The notes beneath the pieces were generated by a model that searched no databases, had not been told where the DNA came from, and saw only the letters and a program-made list of their open reading frames with translations. The position numbers and the translations under genes are program-made. A DNA stretch of 31,834 nucleotides from a virus (lineage: Duplodnaviria; Caudoviricetes), in IMG/VR virus record IMGVR_UViG_3300002907_000005, positions 1 to 31,834 of that record; one strand, 5' to 3'. Shown piece by piece: positions 15,257 through 24,750 of this stretch. The first letter of the stretch is position 1. Every line of letters starts with the position of its first letter.

Positions 15257-16122
15257 GGTACTTGGTTCTAGGCGCTTCGAGTTTCTACGGTTCGAATTTC
15301 TTGAAATTCCTGCAGGAAAAAGGTGAGGATGTCAAAGGACTCAGCCGCCCCGAGTTTGATCTGCGCAAGGATTTCATGGTCCCCAACGCAGATATCGTCG
15401 TCAACTTCATTGCCGAGAGTCTTGTTGCCGAATCTTGGGAAGACCCCGAGCGCTGGCTCGAAACGAACGTCGTATGCACCAACCGGCTATTTGAGGAAAT
15501 ACGCAAGAAGGAAATAGGCCTCTACATCCATATTTCCACGCCGGAAGTGTATGGGTCGAACACCCACTGGATGAAGGAGCGCCGCGACTACCTGCCGGCG
15601 ACGCCGTATGCGGTCTCCAGAGCCGCAGCGGATATGATGCTGCAAGCCTACTGGAAGGCTTACCGTTTCCCCATGATTATCACCAGGACTGCGAATATCT
15701 ATGGCAAAGGCCAACAAGATTTCAGGCTCATCCCGAAAGCGTTCTCCTTGCTGGCATCCGGAATGCCCTTTCCAGTCCGCGGGACTGGGCGTTCTCAGCG
15801 TAGCTTCATCCACGTTCGAGATGCAGCCCGAGCACTATATGTGCTTTCCAAAGACGGAAAAGCCGGAGAGCACTACCACATCTCGACCCGGAAGCAACAC
15901 TCGATCCTAGAAGTCGTGAGGATGATCTGCAAGATATTGGGTAAGGGCGAGGTTGAGTTTGAAAAAGACAGACTCGGGAAAGACCATGCCTACCTGCTGA
16001 ACTCGGACAAGATGAGGGCGTTGGGCTGGTACGATCAGATCGAGCTTTATGAGGGGTTAAGAGATTATGCAGATCATGGCGGTTTCCTTGAAGACAGCAG
16101 AAGATTTCTTGTCGAAACATGA
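15253..16122 (+). CDS. NAD-dependent epimerase/dehydratase (dTDP-glucose 4,6-dehydratase-like extended SDR)
   Basis: VLGASSFYG nucleotide-binding variant, AES.V..SW, ISTPEVYGS, PYAVSR (YxxxR), R..N.YG..Q, RSFIHV.D, DR.GKD..Y. Confidence 0.9.
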   Translation: MRYLVLGASSFYGSNFLKFLQEKGEDVKGLSRPEFDLRKDFMVPNADIVVNFIAESLVAESWEDPERWLETNVVCTNRLFEEIRKKEIGLYIHISTPEVYGSNTHWMKERRDYLPATPYAVSRAAADMMLQAYWKAYRFPMIITRTANIYGKGQQDFRLIPKAFSLLASGMPFPVRGTGRSQRSFIHVRDAARALYVLSKDGKAGEHYHISTRKQHSILEVVRMICKILGKGEVEFEKDRLGKDHAYLLNSDKMRALGWYDQIELYEGLRDYADHGGFLEDSRRFLVET

Positions 16123-16333
16123 AAGACACTATAAGGCTCCCGTTGAACCTGTCTGCGCCATAGGGGTTGGCGATGAAACCGGTCTCCATGGCGCAGCAGT
16201 CCTCGGAAGAAACGGCGAAGATGCAGAACTTGCCCATATCTATTGCGACGGAGCCTCCCAAGCCTATAGCCTCCTATACGGAGCTTGCTGGCGCACCCTC
16301 AAAGCCTTGGGGTACAAAAAGGCCGTTCTGTGA
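16067..16333 (+). CDS. Short XF1762/Mom-like GNAT-fold protein
   Basis: A..F...H.RH...P, G.A..GR, ..DG....S.LYGA.WR...ALGY pattern; shorter than typical members. Confidence 0.55.
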   Translation: MQIMAVSLKTAEDFLSKHERHYKAPVEPVCAIGVGDETGLHGAAVLGRNGEDAELAHIYCDGASQAYSLLYGACWRTLKALGYKKAVL

Positions 16334-16337
16334 GCGT

Positions 16338-16976
16338 CTGAGGGTTTTCGAGGAATATATCCTCGCGCATCTGGAAGAAATTCGCTGCCCAGTTCACCTT
16401 TCTCTAGGTCAGGAGCTTGTGTCAGAGGCTATCCATCGAAATATCCTTAAAGGCGATTGGCTATTCTCTACTCATAGAAACCATGGACATTATCTAGCGA
16501 AGGGCGGGAGCGAAGACAGGCTGTGGGATGAAATATGCGGTTTGGAGACTGGAATTAATCGCGGTATGGCAGGCAGTCAGTGTTTCTCCGATCCTGCGAT
16601 AAACTTTCACGCGAGTTCAATTGTCGGCGGATCGATCGGTATTGCCGTGGGCGCGGCTTTTTCGTTGAAGGGAAGCGGAAATCTGGTCGTGTGCTGCCTG
16701 GGAGATGCCGCCACAGAGCAGGGGGTCTTCTGGGAAGCATTGAATTTTTCTGCATTGAAAAAACTCCCCATTTTTTTTATCTGCGAAAATAATCGATTGT
16801 CCATTGATGTCCCCATTGTGGAGCGTCAGACTGTCGGCATAACCCGGAGGGTCAAGACCTGGATCGAGATAGCGCCGACCATAAAACAAGGTTTCGAGAT
16901 GGGCAGAATAGCCCCGATGTTTCACGAAGCCTTTGTAACCAGAGAGGGGAAGCATTGCTATTTTCAGAAGAAATAA
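16338..16976 (+). CDS. ThDP-dependent dehydrogenase E1 alpha-like subunit (shortened)
   Basis: R.FEE, PVHLSLGQE, STHRNHGHYLA, SSIVGG, GDAATEQG...CENN ThDP motif. Start uncertain: CTG 16338, or ATG 16221 overlapping the previous gene. Confidence 0.88.
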   Translation: MRVFEEYILAHLEEIRCPVHLSLGQELVSEAIHRNILKGDWLFSTHRNHGHYLAKGGSEDRLWDEICGLETGINRGMAGSQCFSDPAINFHASSIVGGSIGIAVGAAFSLKGSGNLVVCCLGDAATEQGVFWEALNFSALKKLPIFFICENNRLSIDVPIVERQTVGITRRVKTWIEIAPTIKQGFEMGRIAPMFHEAFVTREGKHCYFQKK

Positions 16977-17461
16977 ATAAGGCTCTGGACGAAGCCCTGA
17001 AGGATGAGAGGACACTGCTATGCGGACAACTCGTGAACTACGGTCATTCAGCCCTAACCCGTGGGCTGGAGAAGAAATATCCGAATCAAGTGGTGACCTA
17101 TCCGGTGGCGGAGAATTTGATGAATGCGAGTGCGATGGGGATGAGCTTGGCGGGCAAGAGACCGATTGTATTGCATGAGCGCTTCGACTTCGCCTTAGTT
17201 GGAATGGACGCACTTATCAACCATATTGCGATCTGGCCGAAGAAATGCGCAATGAAATTGCCTTTGGTGATGATGATAGTGGTGGGACACGGTAAAGGTC
17301 AGGGACCGCAGCAGAACAAGGATTTCACTGGATGGTTCAGGGAAATGGAGGGCTGGACTGTCCTTGAGCCGCGTCTTCCTGGATCGGCCTCCGTTGCTGT
17401 TCACGCTGCGACTCTTGCCGAGTCTCCGGTAATGCTCATTATCCATCGGGAGCTGTATTGA
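16955..17461 (+). CDS. ThDP-dependent E1 beta-like subunit (pyrimidine-binding domain only)
   Basis: KYP..V..YPVAEN...A.G.SLAG.RP...R.DF......N, GQGPQ; lacks the transketolase C-terminal domain. Confidence 0.85.
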   Translation: MLFSEEINKALDEALKDERTLLCGQLVNYGHSALTRGLEKKYPNQVVTYPVAENLMNASAMGMSLAGKRPIVLHERFDFALVGMDALINHIAIWPKKCAMKLPLVMMIVVGHGKGQGPQQNKDFTGWFREMEGWTVLEPRLPGSASVAVHAATLAESPVMLIIHRELY

Positions 17462-18057
17462 TCTTTCCCGATGGTTCGATGGCCGGATATAGCTGGGAGA
17501 ACGATCCGAAGCGCTTTGCCTTCACCTGCGCCAGATACAAATTCATTGCGAAGATGGTAGAGGGCATGGACAAGGTGCTGGAGGTCGGCTGTAATGATGG
17601 GTTTTTCTCACGCATCGTCAGACAGCATGTAAATCATCTGGTAGGAATGGACAATGACCCGAAGGCTGTTGAACTCGCCAAGGAGATGAACTCTGAGAAA
17701 TGGAACATCTACTTTCAGCAGTGGAGCATACTGGATTCGACAGTGTTGTCTCAGCCAGGGTTCGATGCTGTGTATTGCCTGGATGTATTCGAGCACATAA
17801 AGGAGGAGGATGTTCTTCTACAAAATCTCGTATTTTTTGCTCCTATGTGCATTATCGGCACTCCTAGCCTTGAGTCTCAAATATATGCTTCTCCGGTATC
17901 TAAAGCGGCGCATGTTAATACGGTTACGAAATCACAACTCCGAACCAAGATGAAGAAATATTGGAAGCATGTTATTTGCTTCGGGATGCAGGACGAGGTT
18001 CTTCATACCGGCAAAGACGAAATGTGCAATTATATTTTCGGTCTTGGGTTCAAGTGA
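17458..18057 (+). CDS. Class I SAM-dependent methyltransferase
   Basis: RYKF..KM, VLEVGCNDG, D.DP, FDAVYCLDVFEHI. Confidence 0.88.
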   Translation: MIFPDGSMAGYSWENDPKRFAFTCARYKFIAKMVEGMDKVLEVGCNDGFFSRIVRQHVNHLVGMDNDPKAVELAKEMNSEKWNIYFQQWSILDSTVLSQPGFDAVYCLDVFEHIKEEDVLLQNLVFFAPMCIIGTPSLESQIYASPVSKAAHVNTVTKSQLRTKMKKYWKHVICFGMQDEVLHTGKDEMCNYIFGLGFK

Positions 18058-19115
18058 AACTCCCTCGTCCTGAGCCTGCCCTCGGCATCTTGGCCTACGC
18101 CCAAGAGCGCGATCTGTGCGTCAACATGGATCGCAGGAAGGCCGATAACTGGCGCTCCTATATCCAGACTAAGAATCTAGGCTGGCGCTCGACGATTGGC
18201 TATTTACCGATCAAGCTCGATATCGAAAACTGCTCACGCTGCAATTTCGCGTGCACTATGTGCGCGGTATCGAAGTGGGCGCACGGCAAGCGCGCAGACG
18301 ACATGACGCTGGAGGAATTCAAGGCGCTCATCGATGAGCAATACGGTTTGGTCGAGATCAAACTGAACGGCCTGGGCGAGGCTTTGATGCAGGGGGATGA
18401 TTATTTCGAGATGGTCAAGTATGCGAGGGCCAAGCATATCTGGGTGCGGATGACCACAAACGCCTCGCTCCTGCATCTACGGGACAACTACAAAAAACTC
18501 ATCGACTCCGACGTGAACGAAATAGATATCTCGATAGACGGCGCAGACCAAAAGACATTCGAGGGGATCAGGATACAGTCTGACTTCGATCAGGTCGTAA
18601 AGAACGCGAAGCAACTGAACGATTGCTGCGCTGGGACGAGGACGAAGATGTGGACGCTGGTGCAGAAGGCCAATTATACCAATTTGGCCGAACATCTTCA
18701 TCTGGCTGACTATATGGGATTCAAGAATGTCGTGTTCTCCATGAATATGCACGGATGGGCCGACCCTGAATTGAAAAAGCGCAACGACGCCGAAATGGTC
18801 AATCTGAGCGAAGACTATATTTCGCATCTTATGGAGACCGCCAAAAACAAGAGAATTAAACTCGCGTTCTGGGATGTAAATGATAAATTCGATACCGATA
18901 TCATGCAGCACCGCTGCCCGTGGCCCTTCGAACGGGCCGTAGTGACCTCCGATCTGAGGACTGTTCCTTGCTGCATGATCGGCGATCCTGATAAATTCGA
19001 GATCGGGAAAGGCAAGACATTCCTGGTGAACTGGAAATCCGAGGAATATCGTGATTTCAGGCAGGCCCATATAGACGGAAATATTCCAGACGTCTGCAAA
19101 GCCTGCTACAAATGA
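18054..19115 (+). CDS. Radical SAM protein with SPASM/twitch domain
   Basis: CNFACTMC (CxxxCxxC), G.GE, TTNA, ISIDG; C-terminal CPWPF...VPCC...C..C; GTGA overlap. Confidence 0.92.
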   Translation: MKLPRPEPALGILAYAQERDLCVNMDRRKADNWRSYIQTKNLGWRSTIGYLPIKLDIENCSRCNFACTMCAVSKWAHGKRADDMTLEEFKALIDEQYGLVEIKLNGLGEALMQGDDYFEMVKYARAKHIWVRMTTNASLLHLRDNYKKLIDSDVNEIDISIDGADQKTFEGIRIQSDFDQVVKNAKQLNDCCAGTRTKMWTLVQKANYTNLAEHLHLADYMGFKNVVFSMNMHGWADPELKKRNDAEMVNLSEDYISHLMETAKNKRIKLAFWDVNDKFDTDIMQHRCPWPFERAVVTSDLRTVPCCMIGDPDKFEIGKGKTFLVNWKSEEYRDFRQAHIDGNIPDVCKACYK

Positions 19116-20260
19116 AGGTGCTGATTCTCGGCGGAGGATTCGCCGGAACGACGGCAGCTTATCTTCTCCAGAAAGAAGGCTATGAAGTTACCCTCATGGA
19201 GAAGGAGCCTCATCTGGGCGGCGGGTGCAGGACTTTCTTCTATGGCGGTCATCCTTTTCAATACGGCCCGAGGGTCTATTATGGATATAGCAAAAAAGTC
19301 TTTGACTGGGTTAATTCGTTCACGCCAATTCGCAGGTTTCCTTTTGAACTTAGAACCTTTGTTGAAAGCGATCAACGCTTCTACCACTACCCGATACATG
19401 AGGACGACTTGCCCTCAATGCGGGCATACGCACAGATTAAATCTGAACTCGCAGCCAGAGACAACTCCAAGGAACCCAAGGATTTCGAGGAATACTGGAT
19501 CAACCGAGTAGGGCGAACGCTCTACGATATGTTCGTCAACAACTACTCTAAAAAGATGTGGATGATCGATGACAACCGCATCTTCGACATCTTCAAATGG
19601 AGCGCCAAGGACAAGCCGATAGAGTCAGGGCCGAAGGGGACTTATAAGGATTCGATCATCGGCTATCCGTATGCCCATGATGGATACAACGCCTATTTCG
19701 ATGTGATGACGGAGAATGTCGAAGTTAGATTGAACGATTCATATTCTTGGTATGACAGGCACACTTTATCTTGCGAGGATTTCGATCTTTACATTAACAC
19801 AATTCCTATTGATGAATTTTTGGGATATGAATTTGGAGAGCTTCCATATGTTGGAAGAGATTTTCAAGTCATCATTCTGCCCTGCAAGCAAGTTTTTCCA
19901 GCGGATATCCGCTTCTGCCACTATGCGGGTTCAGAGCCGCACACCAGAATAACGGAGTTCAAAAAACTGACCTATCATGAGTCTGAAGATACCCTCTTGG
20001 TCATTGAGACCCCTTCGCATAAAAACAAGCTATATCCCTATCTCACCAAAGCAAATATGGCTACCGTGGGGAAATACCTGGATTCCCTACCACAAAACGT
20101 TTATTCCATTGGAAGGCTTGGCACGTACAAATATTCGACGATTGAGCAAACTATCTGCCAAGCATTTGAAGTGGTATCGAAGATTACGGGCAAGTCCAAT
20201 CCAATGGCAGATCAATTCTTTGGCATCGGCGACACTGCATTGATGAAAGATAGAAAGTGA
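19112..20260 (+). CDS. UDP-galactopyranose mutase (Glf)-like flavoenzyme
   Basis: GGGFAG FAD motif, LGGGC, YGP, F...YSKKMW, P..GY, TRITEFK, YP, GRLGTYKY. Confidence 0.85.
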   Translation: MKVLILGGGFAGTTAAYLLQKEGYEVTLMEKEPHLGGGCRTFFYGGHPFQYGPRVYYGYSKKVFDWVNSFTPIRRFPFELRTFVESDQRFYHYPIHEDDLPSMRAYAQIKSELAARDNSKEPKDFEEYWINRVGRTLYDMFVNNYSKKMWMIDDNRIFDIFKWSAKDKPIESGPKGTYKDSIIGYPYAHDGYNAYFDVMTENVEVRLNDSYSWYDRHTLSCEDFDLYINTIPIDEFLGYEFGELPYVGRDFQVIILPCKQVFPADIRFCHYAGSEPHTRITEFKKLTYHESEDTLLVIETPSHKNKLYPYLTKANMATVGKYLDSLPQNVYSIGRLGTYKYSTIEQTICQAFEVVSKITGKSNPMADQFFGIGDTALMKDRK

Positions 20261-21060
20261 CTAAAACGGTTCTATACGATCTATCGGTAATGCCTACTAC
20301 CTTTGATTTCGCCTGTACGGCAGTCATGGCGAAGACTTTGGGCTATGAGGAAATCAGGTTCGTCGTGGATAAGCCCATGACGGAATGGAAGTATCCGGCG
20401 AAGATAGGCTGGAGGCGTTGGGCGAATATCCTAGTTCCACTGTGCGAGTTGGCCGACCTCAGTTTCTCTGTGGGCCGCGAGATTCCCGGTGATACATTGG
20501 GTTATACGACCGGGAATGTCGAGGAGATATTCAAACGAACCGGCAAGATCACGAAATTGAGGCCAGTGGAACTGCCGGATAAGTCAGGTTATATAACAAT
20601 CACTCTAAGGCAATCATTCAGGAATGAATGGCGTAATTCAAGTCCCGATTGGCTCAAGGTCGCCGAATGGCTAAAATCAGAGGGTGAGGAAGTCTATATC
20701 CTCGAAGAATCTGAAGAAGTCCCTATCGCTATTGAAAAGCGCATGGGCATTTATTGTAATGCCAAGATGAATCTGGCCGTCGGTAATGGCCCGATGGTTC
20801 TATGTTGGCTATCCGAGGCCCCATATCTGACTTTCCAGCTTCCAAAGGGCCCGGAGAAGGAATACACCGCCTTGGTGGGACAGTGGGATCGCATGGGATT
20901 TCCAGTAGGCTCTCAACTGAGCTTTAAAAATGAAAGACAGGAAATCGTCTGGGATACTGATGACTATGAGATCGTTAAGACCCACTGCGAAAAGCACTTG
21001 TTTGACAAGAACTTAAAGAAAGGCGCAAACTCGCGCGCTAATGAACGGCATACGGCTTGA
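20257..21060 (+). CDS. Hypothetical protein, possibly GT-B glycosyltransferase-like
   Basis: Last gene of the sugar cluster; ITITLR..RN...W...A..L and A..NL.V.NGP..L loosely recall GT9-type C-terminal domains. Confidence 0.55.
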   Translation: MTKTVLYDLSVMPTTFDFACTAVMAKTLGYEEIRFVVDKPMTEWKYPAKIGWRRWANILVPLCELADLSFSVGREIPGDTLGYTTGNVEEIFKRTGKITKLRPVELPDKSGYITITLRQSFRNEWRNSSPDWLKVAEWLKSEGEEVYILEESEEVPIAIEKRMGIYCNAKMNLAVGNGPMVLCWLSEAPYLTFQLPKGPEKEYTALVGQWDRMGFPVGSQLSFKNERQEIVWDTDDYEIVKTHCEKHLFDKNLKKGANSRANERHTA

Positions 21061-22492
21061 GCCAAAGCAAGGTCAAGCTTTCCAAACATCCGCAACAGAA
21101 GTTCTCTACGGCGGCGCTGCCGGTGGAGGTAAAAGCTACCTCCTCAGAGTCTCAGCGATCAGATGGTGCATGGAGATACCCGGTATCCAGGTCTATTTCT
21201 TTCGTCGCACCTTGCCCGATCTTCGAGATAACCATTTAAGGGGTCCGACCTCGTTTTTTGTCATATTGGCTGATTTACTGCAAAGCGAGAACATCAAATA
21301 TCGGGCGCAGGAAAATGAATTCGAGTTCTGGAACGGTGCGATCCTGCATCTTTGCTATTGCGACTCCGAAAATGACGTGGAAAAGTACCGCGGGGCGGAA
21401 ATCCATGTGCTTTGCATAGATGAACTGACACACTTTTCCGAATATCAATATCGTTTCTTGAGGTCTCGCGTCCGTAGGGCCGGTCTCGAAGTGCCAGAGA
21501 AATACAAGAAAATGCTCCCGAGGATAGAAGCAGCTTCAAACCCTGGATCGATAGGTCATGCCTGGGTCAAGAGAACATTCGTAACGCCCAAGCCGTTCAA
21601 TGAGGTCTGGAGAGCTCCTTCGGAAGAAGGTGGGATGTTGCGGCAGTTCATCCCGGCGAAATTGTCAGATAATCCGCATTTGACCAACGATGATCCAGAC
21701 TATGCAAACCGCCTCAGAGGGCTTGGAACCAGCAGTCTGGTACGGGCAATGCTCGAAGGAGATTGGGACATCATCGCCGGTCAGGCTTTTGAGAAGCTGC
21801 GTCGAGAAACCCATTGTATCGATCCTCTATCTCCCCCTGAAGATTGGCTCGTCTTCGGTTCGTTTGACTGGGGTAGCTCCCGTCCGTTTAGTTATGGTCT
21901 GTGGTGCATCTCCAACGGAGAAAAACTCCCAGACGGAAGGTGCTATCAAGCCGGGGCAATGATCCGGTACGACGAGTGGTATGGCTGGAGCGGTAAAGCC
22001 AATGAGGGCTTGAGAATGGACGTGCGGGAGGTCGCCCAAGGCATCTTCAAACTGGAAAATGAGCGCGTTCCTGCTTACAGGATCGGCGATTCGAGCATGT
22101 GGGATGTGGATGGGGGACCTTCCATTGCGGAGCGCTTCAACAATAACGGTATTGTGATGCGGCCTGCGCCCAAAGGTAAAGGCTCGCGGCATAACGGCTA
22201 TGTGGAAGTGCGAAACAGAATCTCAGGAAATGACGACGGTCCGATGCTGTATGCCACCAAGAATTGTCATGCTGGCTTCTGGAGGACGATGCCGGAACTG
22301 GTGATGGATGAGCACCAATACGGTATGAAGTCTGAGCAGATAGACACCGATCAGGAAGACCATGTATCGGACGAAGTGATGTATGCCTGCATGAGCCGTC
22401 CATGGATGAGGCATATTGAGCCGGTAGTAGCGGTGCCTGAAAGATGGCTGGCATTCGAGGAAGAGGAGGCCGAAACGTGGCGGACAACATAA
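21041..22492 (+). CDS. terL: Terminase large subunit
   Basis: Walker A GGAAGGGKS, Walker B LCIDE, SNPG coupling motif, nuclease SFDWG and EDHVSD. Confidence 0.95.
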   Translation: MNGIRLEPKQGQAFQTSATEVLYGGAAGGGKSYLLRVSAIRWCMEIPGIQVYFFRRTLPDLRDNHLRGPTSFFVILADLLQSENIKYRAQENEFEFWNGAILHLCYCDSENDVEKYRGAEIHVLCIDELTHFSEYQYRFLRSRVRRAGLEVPEKYKKMLPRIEAASNPGSIGHAWVKRTFVTPKPFNEVWRAPSEEGGMLRQFIPAKLSDNPHLTNDDPDYANRLRGLGTSSLVRAMLEGDWDIIAGQAFEKLRRETHCIDPLSPPEDWLVFGSFDWGSSRPFSYGLWCISNGEKLPDGRCYQAGAMIRYDEWYGWSGKANEGLRMDVREVAQGIFKLENERVPAYRIGDSSMWDVDGGPSIAERFNNNGIVMRPAPKGKGSRHNGYVEVRNRISGNDDGPMLYATKNCHAGFWRTMPELVMDEHQYGMKSEQIDTDQEDHVSDEVMYACMSRPWMRHIEPVVAVPERWLAFEEEEAETWRTT

Positions 22493-24750
22493 CAGATGAG
22501 TTAGAAGTAGATCATGGGCTTTTGATACAGTGGGTCAATGAAGCCGAAGATGCCACCGATGATTCCCGCGCACTTTCCGAGAAATGCCGAGATTATTATG
22601 ACTCGAAGCAATGGACGGACCCAGAGATAAAGAAGCTCAAGACCCAAAAACAAGCACCGACAGTCTCCAATCGCATCAAGCCGAAAATTGACAGCTTGAT
22701 GGGAATGGAGACTACGAATAGAACGACCGCAAAAGCATTTCCTAGGACTCAAAAGCATGAAAAGGCTTCCGAAGCCGCCACGGAAGCTATCAGGTTCGTA
22801 TTGCAGGACAATACTTTTGAGAAGACCCGCTCGTCAGCTTTCGAGAATATGTTGATCGAAGGAATTGGCGGATGTGAGGTCATAGTCAAGCCGGTAAAAG
22901 ATGACTTCAAGGTCATCATCAATCAGATTCCTTGGGATAGGATGTTTTTTGATCCTCATTCAAGACGGAAAAATTTTTCCGATGCGCGTTACTTGGGCCA
23001 AATCGTATGGATGGATTTCGACGAAGCTCTGGAACTCTATCCAGAAGGAGAAGACCATCTTAATACTATGTCTTCTGGCTCAACTACCTTCGATGACAAG
23101 CCTCGCTGGCTAGACTCCAAGAGGAAAAGAGTAAAAATCGTTGAGATGTACTACGGCAAGGATGGCGACATTTGGTATTCGTGTTTTACCCGTTCAGGGT
23201 TCCTGAAAGAACCGAAGATATCACCCTACAAGGATGAAGAAGACAATACCGAATGGCCGTATGAATTCGCTTCTCCGTTTGTCGATAGAGAAGGTGGGCG
23301 CTACGGTGCTGTGAGACAGCTTTTGGATATGCAGGACGAGATAAACAAGAGGAGGTCGAAGGCACTGCATTTGATGTCAGTCAGGCAAGTGAGGGGAGAA
23401 CGCGGCGCTGTTGAGGACGTGAATAAGGCCCGCCAAGAACTTGCGAAACCCGACGGATATATTGAGACTACACCAGGCATGGAATTCGAGGTCCTGAAGA
23501 CCGGCGACATGGCGGCGGCTCAGTTCAACCTCTTGACTGAGGCCAAGCAGGAAATAGATGCGGTGGGGGCGAATGCGGCTCTCATGGGGAAAACTACGAA
23601 TCAGGATGCTTCCGGGCGCGCATTGCTCGCCAGAGAAGCAGCTGGCAAGACTGAGTTAGCCCCAGTTTTCGATACACTCAAAGGGTGGGATTACAAAGTC
23701 TATAGGAAGGTCTGGAACAGAATCCACCAGTATTGGAAGGCTGAGAAGTGGATTCGCGTCACCGATGACGAGCAAAATCTACGCTGGGTCGGATTGAATA
23801 AGCCCATGACCAAGGGCGAGGTCGTCCTACAGAATGCGCAGGAGCAAAATATTCCACCAGAGCAGTTGCAGCAACTACAGCAGCAAATAGATGCGAATCC
23901 TGCAATGAAGGAAATCGACCATACGCATAATGATGTCGTGGAAATGGACGTTGATATTGTCTTGGATGACGTTCCAGACGCCATTACTTCACAGATCGAG
24001 GACTTCCAGACATTGGGTGAGATGGTCAAATCGGGCTTCCCAATTCCTCCGCTGGCTGTAATCGAAGCCTCACCGCTCACGAACAAGACCAGGATTCTGA
24101 AGATGATGAAGGAACAGCCGCAAGTTCCTCCGCAACTTCAGAAGCAGATGGAAAAGATGCAGGAAGACCTCAAAAAGGCGAATGAAGAGAATCAACAACT
24201 GAAAGCTGGAACTCAGGCGAAGATGGCGCAGATTGATGCTGATAAGCAAGCATCTGGCGTGAAGATGCAACTTCACCAGCAGGAAACCGCAGCGAGCCTT
24301 GCTCACGAACGCGAAGCCAATGCCGCCAGATTGCAATTTGAGCGCGAGAAAGCCGCTCAGGAGTTGCAACTACAGAGAGAGAAGGCGCAGCAGGAAGCCG
24401 ACCTTCTTGTCTGGAAGGCGAAGTTGGAGGCCGAGACCAAAGTATTGGTCGCGCAAATCGCAGCCAAACAAGCTGGGGAGCAAGCATTACTCGAAGCTGA
24501 AACTGCCGCCGATGTCAATTTCGTCAAGGATGAGGGCGGCGCGACTGGCACCAAGCCAAAGATCAGAGATGTTATAGCTAGTCTCGCCGATGGCCTAAAG
24601 ACCATGCAGGACACCCACTCGAAAGGCATCCAGGAGCTTGCCAAGTCGCACCAGCAGTCCACTGAGAAACTTCTAGCCCATATCTCAAAGCCTCGGACTA
24701 TCACGGCGAAGAGTTCCAATGGCACGACGCTTACGGCAACCACGCATTAA
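22477..24750 (+). CDS. Portal protein (P22-like) with long C-terminal coiled-coil
   Basis: DYYD..QW, N.I...I....G.E, G.VR.L.D.Q..INKRRSK, SG.A; follows terL; GGAGG plus GTG 22477. Confidence 0.9.
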   Translation: MADNITDELEVDHGLLIQWVNEAEDATDDSRALSEKCRDYYDSKQWTDPEIKKLKTQKQAPTVSNRIKPKIDSLMGMETTNRTTAKAFPRTQKHEKASEAATEAIRFVLQDNTFEKTRSSAFENMLIEGIGGCEVIVKPVKDDFKVIINQIPWDRMFFDPHSRRKNFSDARYLGQIVWMDFDEALELYPEGEDHLNTMSSGSTTFDDKPRWLDSKRKRVKIVEMYYGKDGDIWYSCFTRSGFLKEPKISPYKDEEDNTEWPYEFASPFVDREGGRYGAVRQLLDMQDEINKRRSKALHLMSVRQVRGERGAVEDVNKARQELAKPDGYIETTPGMEFEVLKTGDMAAAQFNLLTEAKQEIDAVGANAALMGKTTNQDASGRALLAREAAGKTELAPVFDTLKGWDYKVYRKVWNRIHQYWKAEKWIRVTDDEQNLRWVGLNKPMTKGEVVLQNAQEQNIPPEQLQQLQQQIDANPAMKEIDHTHNDVVEMDVDIVLDDVPDAITSQIEDFQTLGEMVKSGFPIPPLAVIEASPLTNKTRILKMMKEQPQVPPQLQKQMEKMQEDLKKANEENQQLKAGTQAKMAQIDADKQASGVKMQLHQQETAASLAHEREANAARLQFEREKAAQELQLQREKAQQEADLLVWKAKLEAETKVLVAQIAAKQAGEQALLEAETAADVNFVKDEGGATGTKPKIRDVIASLADGLKTMQDTHSKGIQELAKSHQQSTEKLLAHISKPRTITAKSSNGTTLTATTH

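Noticed and set aside
16167-17461. Pyruvate dehydrogenase auxiliary metabolic genes (pdhA/pdhB)
   Set aside because: Subunits are shortened, no E2/E3 is present in the window, and the context is sugar biosynthesis.
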